Below, one piece after another: positions 53,918-63,565 of a stretch of DNA of 64,000 nucleotides. Origin of the DNA: an uncultured bacterium (GTDB lineage Bacteria; Omnitrophota; Omnitrophia; Omnitrophales; Aquincolibacteriaceae); contig CAZSFZ010000003.1 of NCBI GenBank assembly GCA_964606385.1, positions 111,615-175,614 of the forward strand. The letters are read 5' to 3'. Every line of letters starts with the position of its first letter. The stretch's first letter is position 1. The position numbers were made by a program, and so were the translations under genes. The notes beneath the pieces were generated by a model, which was not told the DNA's origin, ran no database searches, and saw only the letters and a program-made list of their open reading frames with translations.

Positions 53918-55840
53918 CTATTTTGAATCGCAAAAACACGGCAAAAGACACGGCCAGCCGCATTTTTGGGCCTGCTCATTCGCGGCGATTCTTTTAGGGC
54001 TGGTCAGAACCTCTCTGAGGGACTGGACAGCGGCATGCCCATACACCGAGAAACAAGTGGCATATTCACCTTGGTTAGAGATCAGGACGGTCTCCGCGGC
54101 AGAGGCGCAACGGACATCCGCGGAGGATAAATTACCTTCATAATATTTTTCGATCAACCTGAGATTGTCCGCAGAGTTTTTTATAAAATCCGGATGAACG
54201 TTCTTGAATTCGATCAGCTGCCTCAATGCTTCTCCTAAAGCCGGTACTCTTTCCCGCGGAACCCAGTATTTTGATTTTTTACGCTCCGCCATTTTCAGAT
54301 TATTCGGAAGCAGCGCCTGGAATTGCAGCGAATTAGCCCCTAGAGACAACACATATTCGGCCAATGACCGGAGTTCTTCCAGGTTTTGGTTCAGTATGAT
54401 GCTGATAACATTGAAATTGACCTCCGGGCAGTCTTTCTTCAGTCTTGAAAGCAGCGCCAGCCCTTCCCGGGTCCGCTGCCACGCATCAGCGGAGTTCCTG
54501 ATCTCGTTATGAAGCGCGGGCGAAAGGGAATCCAGGGAAACCACCAGAGAAAGAGTCCGTCCGGTCAGGTAAGGCTTCAACCGTTCGAAACGATCCCGGA
54601 TCACGACGCCGTTGCTGAGGACCCCGAGATCCTTGAGTCCGAGCTTTTTTGCGTAATCCAGAATCTCAAAAACGTCTTTCCGCAGCAGGACCTCTCCCCC
54701 GGAAAGAGCGATCTCTTTGATCCCGAGATCGCGGGCCTCTCGCAGCAATTTTTTTGCCGCGGAGGTATCAAGCTCTTCTTGGGTCCCCGCGGTTTTCCAA
54801 ATGTCGCAAATATTGCACCGAAGATTGCAGGCATGGGTCAGGTCCAGAATGAGAAGACGCGGCAACAGCATTTCTCCCAGAAGAAATGTTTCCTTGCCGC
54901 TCCGGATCCTGAAAAACTCCGTAACGTTGCCGCACAGATAAGCGATCTTATGAAGCGCAAAACAACCGGCTACCGCTGTTTTTTTCCAAAAATTTTTAAT
55001 GGAATATTCGCGTGTCAGTTTTTTGCCGAGCAGGTAACAAAATCTGGGGATCTTGAGAACATTGACGATCGTGGCCGCCCAGAATGAACCCGGGCCCGTC
55101 TTCAGTTCTTGAAGCAGGACATGGCTCGGATGCAGGTGCTTGACCAGCAGGTTCCCCCTCCCGTAGATGTACGCTTGTTTTGCCAGGCTGGATAGGGATG
55201 GATCGCGATAATGAACCACCTTGATATCCTTGTCCCAAAAGGAACGGCAGCCGGCCTGGAAGATCCGCCAGAAAAATTCAAGGTCTTCTCCCCCGGGCAA
55301 AGGGAATTTTTCATCAAAAACATGCCGCAAAAAAAGAGACTTTTTGCAAGAAACATTACAGGTCGGAAAAAAGATCAGCTCGCTCTTTCCGGCTATGTCT
55401 ACCTCGATGCTGCAGGTGCTCAGGAACTGACCGACGATCACAGAGGCTTTTTGAACAGCTGTTAAGGTGGCGCCGCCGACGGCGACAAGGTCGGGGTGCG
55501 TCCTGTGGTCTTGGACCATCCGGGCCAACCAATCCGGATAAGCTTCGCAATCGTCATCGATAAAGGCGACGATATCCCCTCCAGCCAAACGGACTCCCCA
55601 ATTCCGGGCTGCGGCAGGGCCTTGATTTTCTTGGCGGAAGATCCGGACGGCCGGAAGGGATGCGTTGCGAGAATCCCGACAAAGCTCCTCCAAGCCTTCC
55701 AGCTTTTCTTTCGAGCCGTCATCAATGATGATGACCTCGAACCGGTCCTTGGGATAATCCTGCTTGATCAAGGAACGCACGCATTTCGCAAGGCCCTCTT
55801 TGCGGTTAAAGGTCGGCACCACAACAGAAATATCGATCAT
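53918..55840 (-). CDS. fusion of a family-2 glycosyltransferase (N-terminal) with a radical SAM/SPASM domain (C-terminal)
   Basis: 640 aa. N-terminus MIDISVVVPTFNRKEGLAKCVRSLIKQDYPKDRFEVIIIDDGS with a DDD/DxD GT-A fold. From about residue 320, LTHACNLRCNICDIW, SGGEVLL, and a C-terminal CASAAETVLISNQGEYATCFS...CGWPCLLPCFC. Confidence 0.75.
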   Translation of the reverse strand: MIDISVVVPTFNRKEGLAKCVRSLIKQDYPKDRFEVIIIDDGSKEKLEGLEELCRDSRNASLPAVRIFRQENQGPAAARNWGVRLAGGDIVAFIDDDCEAYPDWLARMVQDHRTHPDLVAVGGATLTAVQKASVIVGQFLSTCSIEVDIAGKSELIFFPTCNVSCKKSLFLRHVFDEKFPLPGGEDLEFFWRIFQAGCRSFWDKDIKVVHYRDPSLSSLAKQAYIYGRGNLLVKHLHPSHVLLQELKTGPGSFWAATIVNVLKIPRFCYLLGKKLTREYSIKNFWKKTAVAGCFALHKIAYLCGNVTEFFRIRSGKETFLLGEMLLPRLLILDLTHACNLRCNICDIWKTAGTQEELDTSAAKKLLREARDLGIKEIALSGGEVLLRKDVFEILDYAKKLGLKDLGVLSNGVVIRDRFERLKPYLTGRTLSLVVSLDSLSPALHNEIRNSADAWQRTREGLALLSRLKKDCPEVNFNVISIILNQNLEELRSLAEYVLSLGANSLQFQALLPNNLKMAERKKSKYWVPRERVPALGEALRQLIEFKNVHPDFIKNSADNLRLIEKYYEGNLSSADVRCASAAETVLISNQGEYATCFSVYGHAAVQSLREVLTSPKRIAANEQAQKCGWPCLLPCFCDSK

Positions 55841-55845
55841 GACCG

Positions 55846-56622
55846 TCAGGTTTTTTTCATAATATTAGGTTTAAGCTTCAAAAAGAGTCCCCACCCGGCC
55901 AGCAGTGTGATCGCGGCGATAAGGGAGGTCGTCAACAATTCATTCCAAAGGACCCGATCTTCGAATAGCACGCCTCGGAAAAAAGCGATCATTGGCGTCA
56001 TGGGATTGATGTTACATATCCATTGATAGTTTTGAGGGACCATATCCACGGAATAAAAAACGGGCGTGATCCAGAACCAAAACATAAGAAACACGGACAA
56101 AAGCTGGCCAATGTCGCGAAAATAAACATTCAAGATCGAAATGATAAGGCCCGCCCCGGAAACAAACAAAAGGATAAGGGCGAATCCCACGATCAGGAGA
56201 GGAAACAAAGCAATAATCTGGGGCCTGAACCATAAAAAAAGAGGATAGATAAAAATCCATCCGATGAGAAAGTTCAAAAAATTCCCCAGGACAGATGCTA
56301 GCGGGATGATCTCGGCCGGCAGATTGAACTGTCTGAGAACGTTTTTCTGGTTCAAGATGGAAAAAGCCGCTTCGGAAACCGCGTTTGAAAAAAAGAACCA
56401 GGGATAAATGCCGGCCAAAACGAACATAGAAAAATCCTTGATGCCGGTCTTAAAAACGCAGACAAAGACGAAGCTGACCGCCAGCATAATGAGTACGGGG
56501 TTAATGACGGCCCACGCCACGCCTAAAAGCGATCGGGAATATTTATTTTTGAGTTGGCCGACGGCCATCCTCCAGACCGCTTCCCGGAAAGAGAACAGTT
56601 CTTTAAGTCTTCCGCATTTCAT
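55846..56622 (-). CDS. wzm: ABC-2 type polysaccharide export permease
   Basis: 258 aa with six hydrophobic segments. The N-terminal region (AVGQLKNKYSRSLLGVAWAVINPVLIMLAVSFVF) is typical of Wzm/TagG/KpsM. Confidence 0.8.
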   Translation of the reverse strand: MKCGRLKELFSFREAVWRMAVGQLKNKYSRSLLGVAWAVINPVLIMLAVSFVFVCVFKTGIKDFSMFVLAGIYPWFFFSNAVSEAAFSILNQKNVLRQFNLPAEIIPLASVLGNFLNFLIGWIFIYPLFLWFRPQIIALFPLLIVGFALILLFVSGAGLIISILNVYFRDIGQLLSVFLMFWFWITPVFYSVDMVPQNYQWICNINPMTPMIAFFRGVLFEDRVLWNELLTTSLIAAITLLAGWGLFLKLKPNIMKKT

Positions 56623-56712
56623 TCAAAACCCTCCCTAGCAAAACTCAAGACTAACACCAGCGCGATCAATCGACAACGAAATCCCCGAGCCCATCGATCC
56701 ATAGGCCATGTT

Positions 56713-57828
56713 TTATGCCAACTCCTTCAAAAGTTTTCGGATGTTGTGTTGATAAGTTTCAAACTGAAAAACCCCTGGAATCAAAGGTGTGGCTGCGGAC
56801 CGCTTCCCGGCCATGATCTCATCTTCGATCGAAGCTGGCGATAAATCTTTGCAGTGCCTCTCTTGAAAATAGTCCAAGATCTCTGCCGATCCCGGATTCA
56901 TCGTGATGAGGATCCTTTGAGAGAGCACGAGCGCTTCCAGAAACGCCAATCCGAACGGTTCATTCCTCCGAAACGGAAAGACACAAACATCGACCTTCTT
57001 GAGAATTCCTGCTACATGGGTCTGAAGCCCGCAAAAAAAGACCACGGATTCCATGCTGTTTTCACGAAGGTACCGTTCTATTTTCTTTTTGTATGCTTTA
57101 GCGCGCCAGTCGCAGGGAGCGACATCTCCCACGATAAGAAGTGCGAATTTACGAGGAACTGTTTTGCCGACCTCATGCATCATCCGCACCAGCTCGAGCT
57201 GTCCCTTGGAAGGATGAATCCTTGCAACCACCGCAAAAATGACCGCATCGGGAGGCAAAGAAGGCTGCTCCTCTTCGAAAGGTGACAGGTCCATAGGTGC
57301 CGGGGAGACCATTCCCTCATAAATGATGGGGATGGCCTTCCGTTTCTCCGTCGAAAAAAGAACATCCCGTATGTTGCGAGACATGCAAACCACGGTCGAT
57401 CGCGTCGCCTGCGCTATCCCGATAAGCATGCGATTCACGCCGCGAGAGGGGAAAAATTCCCGCAAGTGCCAGATGTGTTTTTTCCGCGTGAATGAGGCCA
57501 CCAAGGATGGGAAGACAAGCAACAAGTTGTTCGTATAAAGCAGGTCGATCTTTTTTAAAAGAACGTATCCGGTAAAAAAAACCATATCGAGCAAAAACAA
57601 GACCGGAGCGAGCAGATAATAAATCGGAGACCATGAGAAGGTTAAAATGCTCAGAGGAAAAACGAAGATAGAAACATTCTTTCTTTTCAGCATTTTTTGG
57701 AGCGGGCCCTGTCGCGGAACCACCACGGTGATCTCATACTCACCCCGGATCGCTTCGATCAGATTAAGAAGTCCACGCTCCGAGCCATAAAGCTCGCTCC
57801 CCGAACTAAAAATAAGTATTTTTTTCAT
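56713..57828 (-). CDS. family-1 (GT4-like) glycosyltransferase
   Basis: Rossmann-like GT-B layout with EX7E-like segments (FGLAFLEALVLSQRILITMNPGSAEI). The ATG at 57828 (MKKILIFSSGSELYGSERG) is preferred, in an ATGA overlap with the upstream GT2. The track starts at 57888. Confidence 0.65.
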   Translation of the reverse strand: MKKILIFSSGSELYGSERGLLNLIEAIRGEYEITVVVPRQGPLQKMLKRKNVSIFVFPLSILTFSWSPIYYLLAPVLFLLDMVFFTGYVLLKKIDLLYTNNLLLVFPSLVASFTRKKHIWHLREFFPSRGVNRMLIGIAQATRSTVVCMSRNIRDVLFSTEKRKAIPIIYEGMVSPAPMDLSPFEEEQPSLPPDAVIFAVVARIHPSKGQLELVRMMHEVGKTVPRKFALLIVGDVAPCDWRAKAYKKKIERYLRENSMESVVFFCGLQTHVAGILKKVDVCVFPFRRNEPFGLAFLEALVLSQRILITMNPGSAEILDYFQERHCKDLSPASIEDEIMAGKRSAATPLIPGVFQFETYQHNIRKLLKELA

Positions 57829-58682
57829 CTTCGGAACTTCCGCGAGACGTCGTGCCACGCTTGCTTCGCATGAGGATTTGTCAGGCAAAAATGAAGTATC
57901 CGCGGAATGTCATAAAAAAAACTCCTGAGAAAGAACCGGCTTAAGTTCGTTTCATTTTTGGCAATAATATAAAACCGGTTCCGAAAGCTGTAAAAACGCC
58001 GTTTTTGCGGATCGATCGGAGCGCTTCCCCCTTGATGAACACAACACAGTTGCGGGTCGAACAAAAACTTGTACCCCTTTTTTGTAAGGCGTAAGGAAAG
58101 ATCCGTATCTTCGAACAAAAAGAAGAAATCTTCGTCAAAATACATTCCTTTTCCCCGAACCTCATCGAGACACGACCGCCGAAGCGCAGCGCAACAGCTA
58201 TTAAAACCGTTCACTTCAAATGGCGCCGAGGCCGTCGAAGCGGCTTTTCCCTTCAAAACATCGTGAGACCGATAAAGGGGAGTGATCTTCAACCCGCAAG
58301 AAAACAGCTCGCCTGTATTTGCTTGAGATATTTTGGCGGTCAGCCCGGCATAGCACGGACTCAAAGAGGCCAGAGATCGCTCGAGAGCGTCGAAAAAGCC
58401 TGCTTCCAAAAAAGCGTCGGCATCAAGGAACACGATAAACCGGCCTTGGGACGCGCGTATGCCTTGATTCCGAGCCGAAGCGCTCCCTAAATTTTTTTCA
58501 TTGCGGATCAGCTTCACGCTGGGATAATTATTTAAAATAAGGTCAGGCGTTTCGTCGGAAGATCCATTATCCACAACAAACACTTCGTAATCCCGATGCC
58601 CTTGGGACATGACAGACTCAAGACAGCGACGAATAAACATTGCGCTGTTAAAAGTGGGAATGATGAAAGAGAGAAGTTTCAT
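57825..58682 (-). CDS. family-2 glycosyltransferase
   Basis: MKLLSFIIPTFNSAMFIRRCLESVMSQGHRDYEVFVVDNGS...LDADAF GT-A motifs. Confidence 0.8.
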   Translation of the reverse strand: MKLLSFIIPTFNSAMFIRRCLESVMSQGHRDYEVFVVDNGSSDETPDLILNNYPSVKLIRNEKNLGSASARNQGIRASQGRFIVFLDADAFLEAGFFDALERSLASLSPCYAGLTAKISQANTGELFSCGLKITPLYRSHDVLKGKAASTASAPFEVNGFNSCCAALRRSCLDEVRGKGMYFDEDFFFLFEDTDLSLRLTKKGYKFLFDPQLCCVHQGGSAPIDPQKRRFYSFRNRFYIIAKNETNLSRFFLRSFFYDIPRILHFCLTNPHAKQAWHDVSRKFRR

Positions 58683-58740
58683 TTCAGCATATTTTCGACA
58701 AAGAAAAATAAAACCCTGTTAGACGGCGGTTCGGGTCGGG

Positions 58741-59520
58741 TCAGATCAATGAAGCGCTTTGAGCTTTCCCAAGCCTGGACATGCCCTGAAGCGCCGACTT
58801 ATTCTTTGGATTAAAGGTCAGAGCTTTCGCAAACCATGTTTTTGCTCTTCTGGGGTCCTTTCGCCGTATTTCAAGCCAGCCCATTTCGGCAAGAACCTGG
58901 TCATTTTTAGCATTCATCCGTAAAACATAGGAGAAAAGGCCCTCAGCGTCGTTCAGCCTGCCTTGCTGAGCATAAATAATTCCCAATTGGGTCGCCACAT
59001 CCTGATCCTTGGGGTTTGAAGCTAACTTTTTTTTATATTCTTCCGCAAGAGCCTGCCTTACACCGGCTTTGGCTTCTTCGTTCTGGGCGTCAAGAGAAAG
59101 CGCTTTTTGAAAATATTGCCGGGCCCTGACAAAATCCCCCTGCCCTAAAAAAATATTTCCAGCCTCAACATAAATTTCATCGTTATTCGGATCCTCAGTG
59201 ATTGCTTTTGCTAATATTTTTTTAGCCAGGCTTTTTTTGCCCTGAGCCCGATAAAGCTTTGCCCATAAAAGCCTGGCTTGGATGCTCTGAGGATTGATTT
59301 CCCAAGCTTCTTTTAAGAGTTTTTCTGTTTGCGCATAATCCTTTTTAGCAAGATGAAGCGACGCCTGATTCAGGAGATCGTTCTCTGTCAAAGGTTGCTT
59401 GGGTTGGTGCCTTTCATAAGAGGCATCCGCTTCAACCAGAGCGGTCTCCGCCGACGCGCGGCCGGAGATACCCGAAACAACGAGGAGGATCAAGATGCTT
59501 AAAAATGTTCTATGGCGCAT
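58741..59520 (-). CDS. secreted TPR-repeat protein
   Basis: Signal peptide MRHRTFLSILILLVVSGISGRASA, with the ATG at 59520 preferred. The track ORF extends to 59586. Six or more TPR units. Confidence 0.6.
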   Translation of the reverse strand: MRHRTFLSILILLVVSGISGRASAETALVEADASYERHQPKQPLTENDLLNQASLHLAKKDYAQTEKLLKEAWEINPQSIQARLLWAKLYRAQGKKSLAKKILAKAITEDPNNDEIYVEAGNIFLGQGDFVRARQYFQKALSLDAQNEEAKAGVRQALAEEYKKKLASNPKDQDVATQLGIIYAQQGRLNDAEGLFSYVLRMNAKNDQVLAEMGWLEIRRKDPRRAKTWFAKALTFNPKNKSALQGMSRLGKAQSASLI

Positions 59521-59607
59521 GCCCTGTCTTTCCGTGTGAAGGAGACGTTTTTTGTTTTCCGCAGTGAGTATGCCTCTTGGACCCAAAACCTCTCGTCTCG
59601 ACGTATT

Positions 59608-60747
59608 TTACCCTTCTTCATCCTGCCCAAATAGGTCTATTTTTTCCATTTGCTCAGCAAGCTCGACAAATTCACCTCTCTCGGAACACAGCTGGAGACA
59701 AGGCGTTTGACATTTTTTTATCATTTTCCGATATTGATTAGCCTGCTTGGAATACCAGAGTTCCCTTAGAGAGGATTGTCTTATGTCACCAAAAACCGCT
59801 TTGTGTTGGTTTTCGTTCACGCAAAAATAGATCTTCCCCTCCTGGGTGATTTGAAGCCGGTTATAGCCCGCATAACACGGAAGCTTCTTGGGATCCAGAC
59901 ATCCTCTGAAATATTTTTTCATCCATTCCAGCCGTTTCACGCTGTTGCCAAGAAAATCATAATCGGAGGGAGAGCTTTTTTTGCGAGCGATCAATCCGTC
60001 GATAGCATGGTCCAACACATCCAAACGTTCCGGAGGGATCGCCCCGGTAAAATTCTTTTCCCGTTGCGCCTGGTTCACATTGCAAGCGACCACGGGCTGA
60101 AAAAGAAGCTTCTCCGCCCGCAGGTCCCTGCAGAGATCAACCAGGCTTACAAGCTCTTCGAGGTTATCGTTCATCACGGTACAGACAATCACTATTTTCG
60201 GAAATTCGCCGCCTCTTTCTTTTTTGATCTCATTTATAGCATGAATATTCTGCAGAATGGTTTTCAGGATGTTCTGCCCCCGAATATTTTGAAAAGTTTT
60301 TTCTGTGGCGGCGTCGATGGAAATACTCAGCCATTTCACACCGGAATCAAAACACGCCCTGACATTTCTTTCATTCATTAAGACCCCATTGGTGATCAAA
60401 ACGGTGTTCAGACCAAAACTTTGAGCATATCGCACCAATTCAAAAATATCCTCACGCATAAACGGTTCCCCGCCAAGAAAAATAATATCGCGCGTCCCAA
60501 GCTCGCACGTCTCCCGGATCACTTTTTTACAAAGTTCCGTGCTGATCTCGACCTCCCTGTTCTCCTTTTTGTGGATCTCCATCTGCTTGTGCATATCACA
60601 CATTTTGCATCTTAAATTACATTGGAAGGTGAAATTCATTTGAACAAAATCGGGCGGGAGTAATGGAAAATTGGCCTGACGCGAAGCCCAAAATAAAGCA
60701 TTCCGTCCCAAAAGCCACTCTGATTTCTCTTTTTTTCCTGAAATCAT
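59608..60747 (-). CDS. radical SAM/SPASM-domain protein
   Basis: MNFTFQCNLRCKMCDMH, LGGEPFM, and a C-terminal CYAGYNRLQITQEGKIYFCVN...CQTPCLQLC. Confidence 0.75.
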   Translation of the reverse strand: MISGKKEKSEWLLGRNALFWASRQANFPLLPPDFVQMNFTFQCNLRCKMCDMHKQMEIHKKENREVEISTELCKKVIRETCELGTRDIIFLGGEPFMREDIFELVRYAQSFGLNTVLITNGVLMNERNVRACFDSGVKWLSISIDAATEKTFQNIRGQNILKTILQNIHAINEIKKERGGEFPKIVIVCTVMNDNLEELVSLVDLCRDLRAEKLLFQPVVACNVNQAQREKNFTGAIPPERLDVLDHAIDGLIARKKSSPSDYDFLGNSVKRLEWMKKYFRGCLDPKKLPCYAGYNRLQITQEGKIYFCVNENQHKAVFGDIRQSSLRELWYSKQANQYRKMIKKCQTPCLQLCSERGEFVELAEQMEKIDLFGQDEEG

Positions 60748-63470
60748 CCGGCATCCTTTCCAAGGCTGATTTTGATATCACAAAAACAGTAACGCCCCGG
60801 CCAAAGAATTCCCTTTTCCGGTTCCGCGCTGAGTTTCAAAAGACGTCCGCGATGGCAAATATCAGAGTTCATGATGTTCCAGATCGCCCGCATGTCCACA
60901 CCCCCTTCAGGGGTGAACCGGATCTCCGGCAGCTGGGCGGTCCCGGAAGAGGCTCGAATTTCTTTTAAGCCTCCCGCCCCCTCCAAAAACCCATCGCTGC
61001 TCCAGATCACGGGCCACTCATCGGGTTTTTCTTCAAAAGGCGGCATGTCCGCTTCAAAACCGTTACCGGTCCATTTATTATAAAGCTCCGAAAGCATGAT
61101 GTTGGTTTGAAGTTGTTCGAGGCATACCTTTTCTATGACCTCCAACTCCGCTTTCCAGATGATCGTGTCGCGTCCCTCAAAGGAAACCCGGCATTTTTGT
61201 AAAACCGGCAGCGATCGCCACTCACCCGAGAACAGGACTTCTTCCTCCGATTGAGCCGTAACCCACTTTGCATCAAGATAAGAGTTCAGCCAACGCCCTT
61301 GATATCTCAGCGACGTACAAAGCCCCATTTTTTTGGTTATTTCCCGTCCCTGGAAAAACAATTTACCCCCTCCTTGAAAAAAAACAAAACTTACGGGATC
61401 ACGCTTAAAGACCCGTTCCGAACCTTCTCCCAAAATTGACGGGGCGATCGCTCCGACAACCTCGAAACAATCATGGTGACCGGGGCCGAACCGGGTTTCA
61501 CGTTCCGGCTCAACCCTTCCGACGCGAAGATCGCGCGCCCTGAAAGATAAATCCGTATTGAAAATTTTCATGTAGGTGTTCTGATTTCGAGAGATTTCTT
61601 TCAAGGAAAAACCCGGCATTTTATCGTCTGATGCCTTTAAGGCGATCTCGCCTCCAACGACGCTTTTCTGAAGAATATCGACTTCATGCTCCTGAAAATG
61701 TTCGGCGAAAAAACCTCCGCCCCATGGACTATCGTAGAGATCATAAGCCTCAGAAAACATAAGCCGGAGATATTGTTCGCCGATGTCGACTTCTTTTTTG
61801 AGTTCCAATGCCACCCGCCACGAAAAAGAATTATTTTCTTTTAATTCCAAGGTCCAGATCTGCGTGATCCCGCTGTCCGGGAAAACCCCGCGCGCGATTA
61901 GTTTGTTCTCGTGGTCTTTGCGGCAGCTCCATGAGGCCCATTCGGAAGAATAGCAAACGTTATCGACCCAAAACATACTGACAAAGTTCCTGGATTTCGT
62001 CAGTCTCGTTTCTTTAAAAAACAGCACCCATTGCCCCTTATGAAATAGAAATTTTAAATCCCCCCGAGCTAAGCCGTAATGATCGGCCAGCTGACGGGTG
62101 TATTCTTTGATGTCGGAGCGCGCGATCGCGATCTTTCCAAAAAAATTCAGCGCTCCGCGATTTTGGTCTGGATCCTCGCTGGGGATTTTCTTCTCCCGAT
62201 ACTCTATCGTTCTTGCGTGAGCGAAATAATCCGTATTCAACAGTTTGATCTTGCTGGAAGCGGAGGGTTCTATCTGCTCGATCACGATGGGAGGAGCGGA
62301 ACCATCATCCTTTCCCATCAGCCCCACAAAAACAGGCGGTAAATCGTCCCCGGCTACATCGTTCCACTCCGTCTGGCTTTCCGGAATGTCCGGAAACTTT
62401 CCGTTTTTAATGAGCGTCAGCCACTGTTGATAATCGGAAGACCATAATGCGGTAACACACCTCTCTTCCACATCCTTCAACCCTTTACCTTCAAAGCGCA
62501 TACTGAAAACGACTTGTCCGTCCCGGAGCAATTGTATGTTCCATATTTGTTTTAGATCGAGGCGATAAAAATCACCTTCGGCCGAAATAGTGTCGTCCCG
62601 CTGTTCAACCCGCCAGCTAGCTTCAGAGGGCTGATACCATCTCCCTTGGGCGAAGAAACGGGCAAAGATCCCGGGTTGAGGCGTGATAAGCTGTCCGTTC
62701 CAATTTAAAAGCAATCGCCCCTGGTTAAAGATGATTTTGAGGGCTTCCTTTTGCAAAACTCCAACTTCCTGCCCAGTTCCTGCGGTTTGGATATAAAGAG
62801 AAAGTGATTCGTGGACAGAGCTATCACTGATTATTCTTCCGCCCTTCAAAAAAAGGGCCCTTCGCGAAAGCTTTTTCAACAAGCTCATATCGTGAGTTGC
62901 AAAAACGATCGTTTTCTTATTTTCTTTTAGTTCGAAGATCTTTTTTAAACATTTGTTCTGAAAATACTCGTCGCCCACTGAAAGCGTGTCGTCAATAACA
63001 AGCACGTCTGGATCCATATGGATCGCGATCGCAAAAGACAATCTGACAAACATGCCTTGAGAATAACAGCTCACGGGCGCGCAGATGAATTTTCCTAAAG
63101 AAGCAAAGTCCTCTATCTGCTGATACACATCATCTATTTTTTTGCGCGAAAGACCGAATAAATTGGCGTTAAGGTAGATGTTCTCCCGCCCGGTGAGGTC
63201 CGCCTGGAACCCGGCTCCAAGGTCCAAAAGACCCGCCGCGCGTCCCGAAACGACCGCCGCGCCGCGGCTCGGCTTCATAATGCCCGCGACGATTTTTAAG
63301 AGCGTGGATTTTCCGGAGCCGTTCTCTCCGATCACGCCCAGCGCTTCTCCTTGCTCCAAGGCAAAGCTAATGCCCCGCAAAGCCCAAAAATTTTCTTTTT
63401 GATGTTTACCTTCTATCGAAAATTCTATCTGGTACATCTCCCACACATCATCGAATTTCACGGCTTCCAT
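60744..63470 (-). CDS. wzt: ABC transporter ATP-binding protein (Wzt-like) with a large C-terminal extension of about 650 aa
   Basis: N-terminal 250 aa carry Walker A GENGSGKSTLLKIVAG, the signature TLSVGDEYF and Walker B VLVIDD. The remaining 650 aa match no domain I recognise. ATGA overlap with the downstream radical SAM. Confidence 0.75.
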   Translation of the reverse strand: MEAVKFDDVWEMYQIEFSIEGKHQKENFWALRGISFALEQGEALGVIGENGSGKSTLLKIVAGIMKPSRGAAVVSGRAAGLLDLGAGFQADLTGRENIYLNANLFGLSRKKIDDVYQQIEDFASLGKFICAPVSCYSQGMFVRLSFAIAIHMDPDVLVIDDTLSVGDEYFQNKCLKKIFELKENKKTIVFATHDMSLLKKLSRRALFLKGGRIISDSSVHESLSLYIQTAGTGQEVGVLQKEALKIIFNQGRLLLNWNGQLITPQPGIFARFFAQGRWYQPSEASWRVEQRDDTISAEGDFYRLDLKQIWNIQLLRDGQVVFSMRFEGKGLKDVEERCVTALWSSDYQQWLTLIKNGKFPDIPESQTEWNDVAGDDLPPVFVGLMGKDDGSAPPIVIEQIEPSASSKIKLLNTDYFAHARTIEYREKKIPSEDPDQNRGALNFFGKIAIARSDIKEYTRQLADHYGLARGDLKFLFHKGQWVLFFKETRLTKSRNFVSMFWVDNVCYSSEWASWSCRKDHENKLIARGVFPDSGITQIWTLELKENNSFSWRVALELKKEVDIGEQYLRLMFSEAYDLYDSPWGGGFFAEHFQEHEVDILQKSVVGGEIALKASDDKMPGFSLKEISRNQNTYMKIFNTDLSFRARDLRVGRVEPERETRFGPGHHDCFEVVGAIAPSILGEGSERVFKRDPVSFVFFQGGGKLFFQGREITKKMGLCTSLRYQGRWLNSYLDAKWVTAQSEEEVLFSGEWRSLPVLQKCRVSFEGRDTIIWKAELEVIEKVCLEQLQTNIMLSELYNKWTGNGFEADMPPFEEKPDEWPVIWSSDGFLEGAGGLKEIRASSGTAQLPEIRFTPEGGVDMRAIWNIMNSDICHRGRLLKLSAEPEKGILWPGRYCFCDIKISLGKDAG

Positions 63471-63565
63471 AACAGGGCCCCTGGGTTCGATAAACTCATG
63501 TTTCGCGCTCGTCGCCGCACCCTATCACGATTCGCGCTTGTTAGAATAGTGAAATATTTTTTATC

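Noticed and set aside
43257-63470. Possibility that the radical-SAM/SPASM cluster is a RiPP (peptide) biosynthetic cluster.
   Set aside because: No short Cys/Gly-rich precursor ORF is visible in any gap. Gaps are 5-105 nt and most genes overlap. The context is glycosyltransferases plus a Wzm/Wzt exporter, and one radical SAM is fused to a GT2. It is kept as an alternative in the finding but not called.
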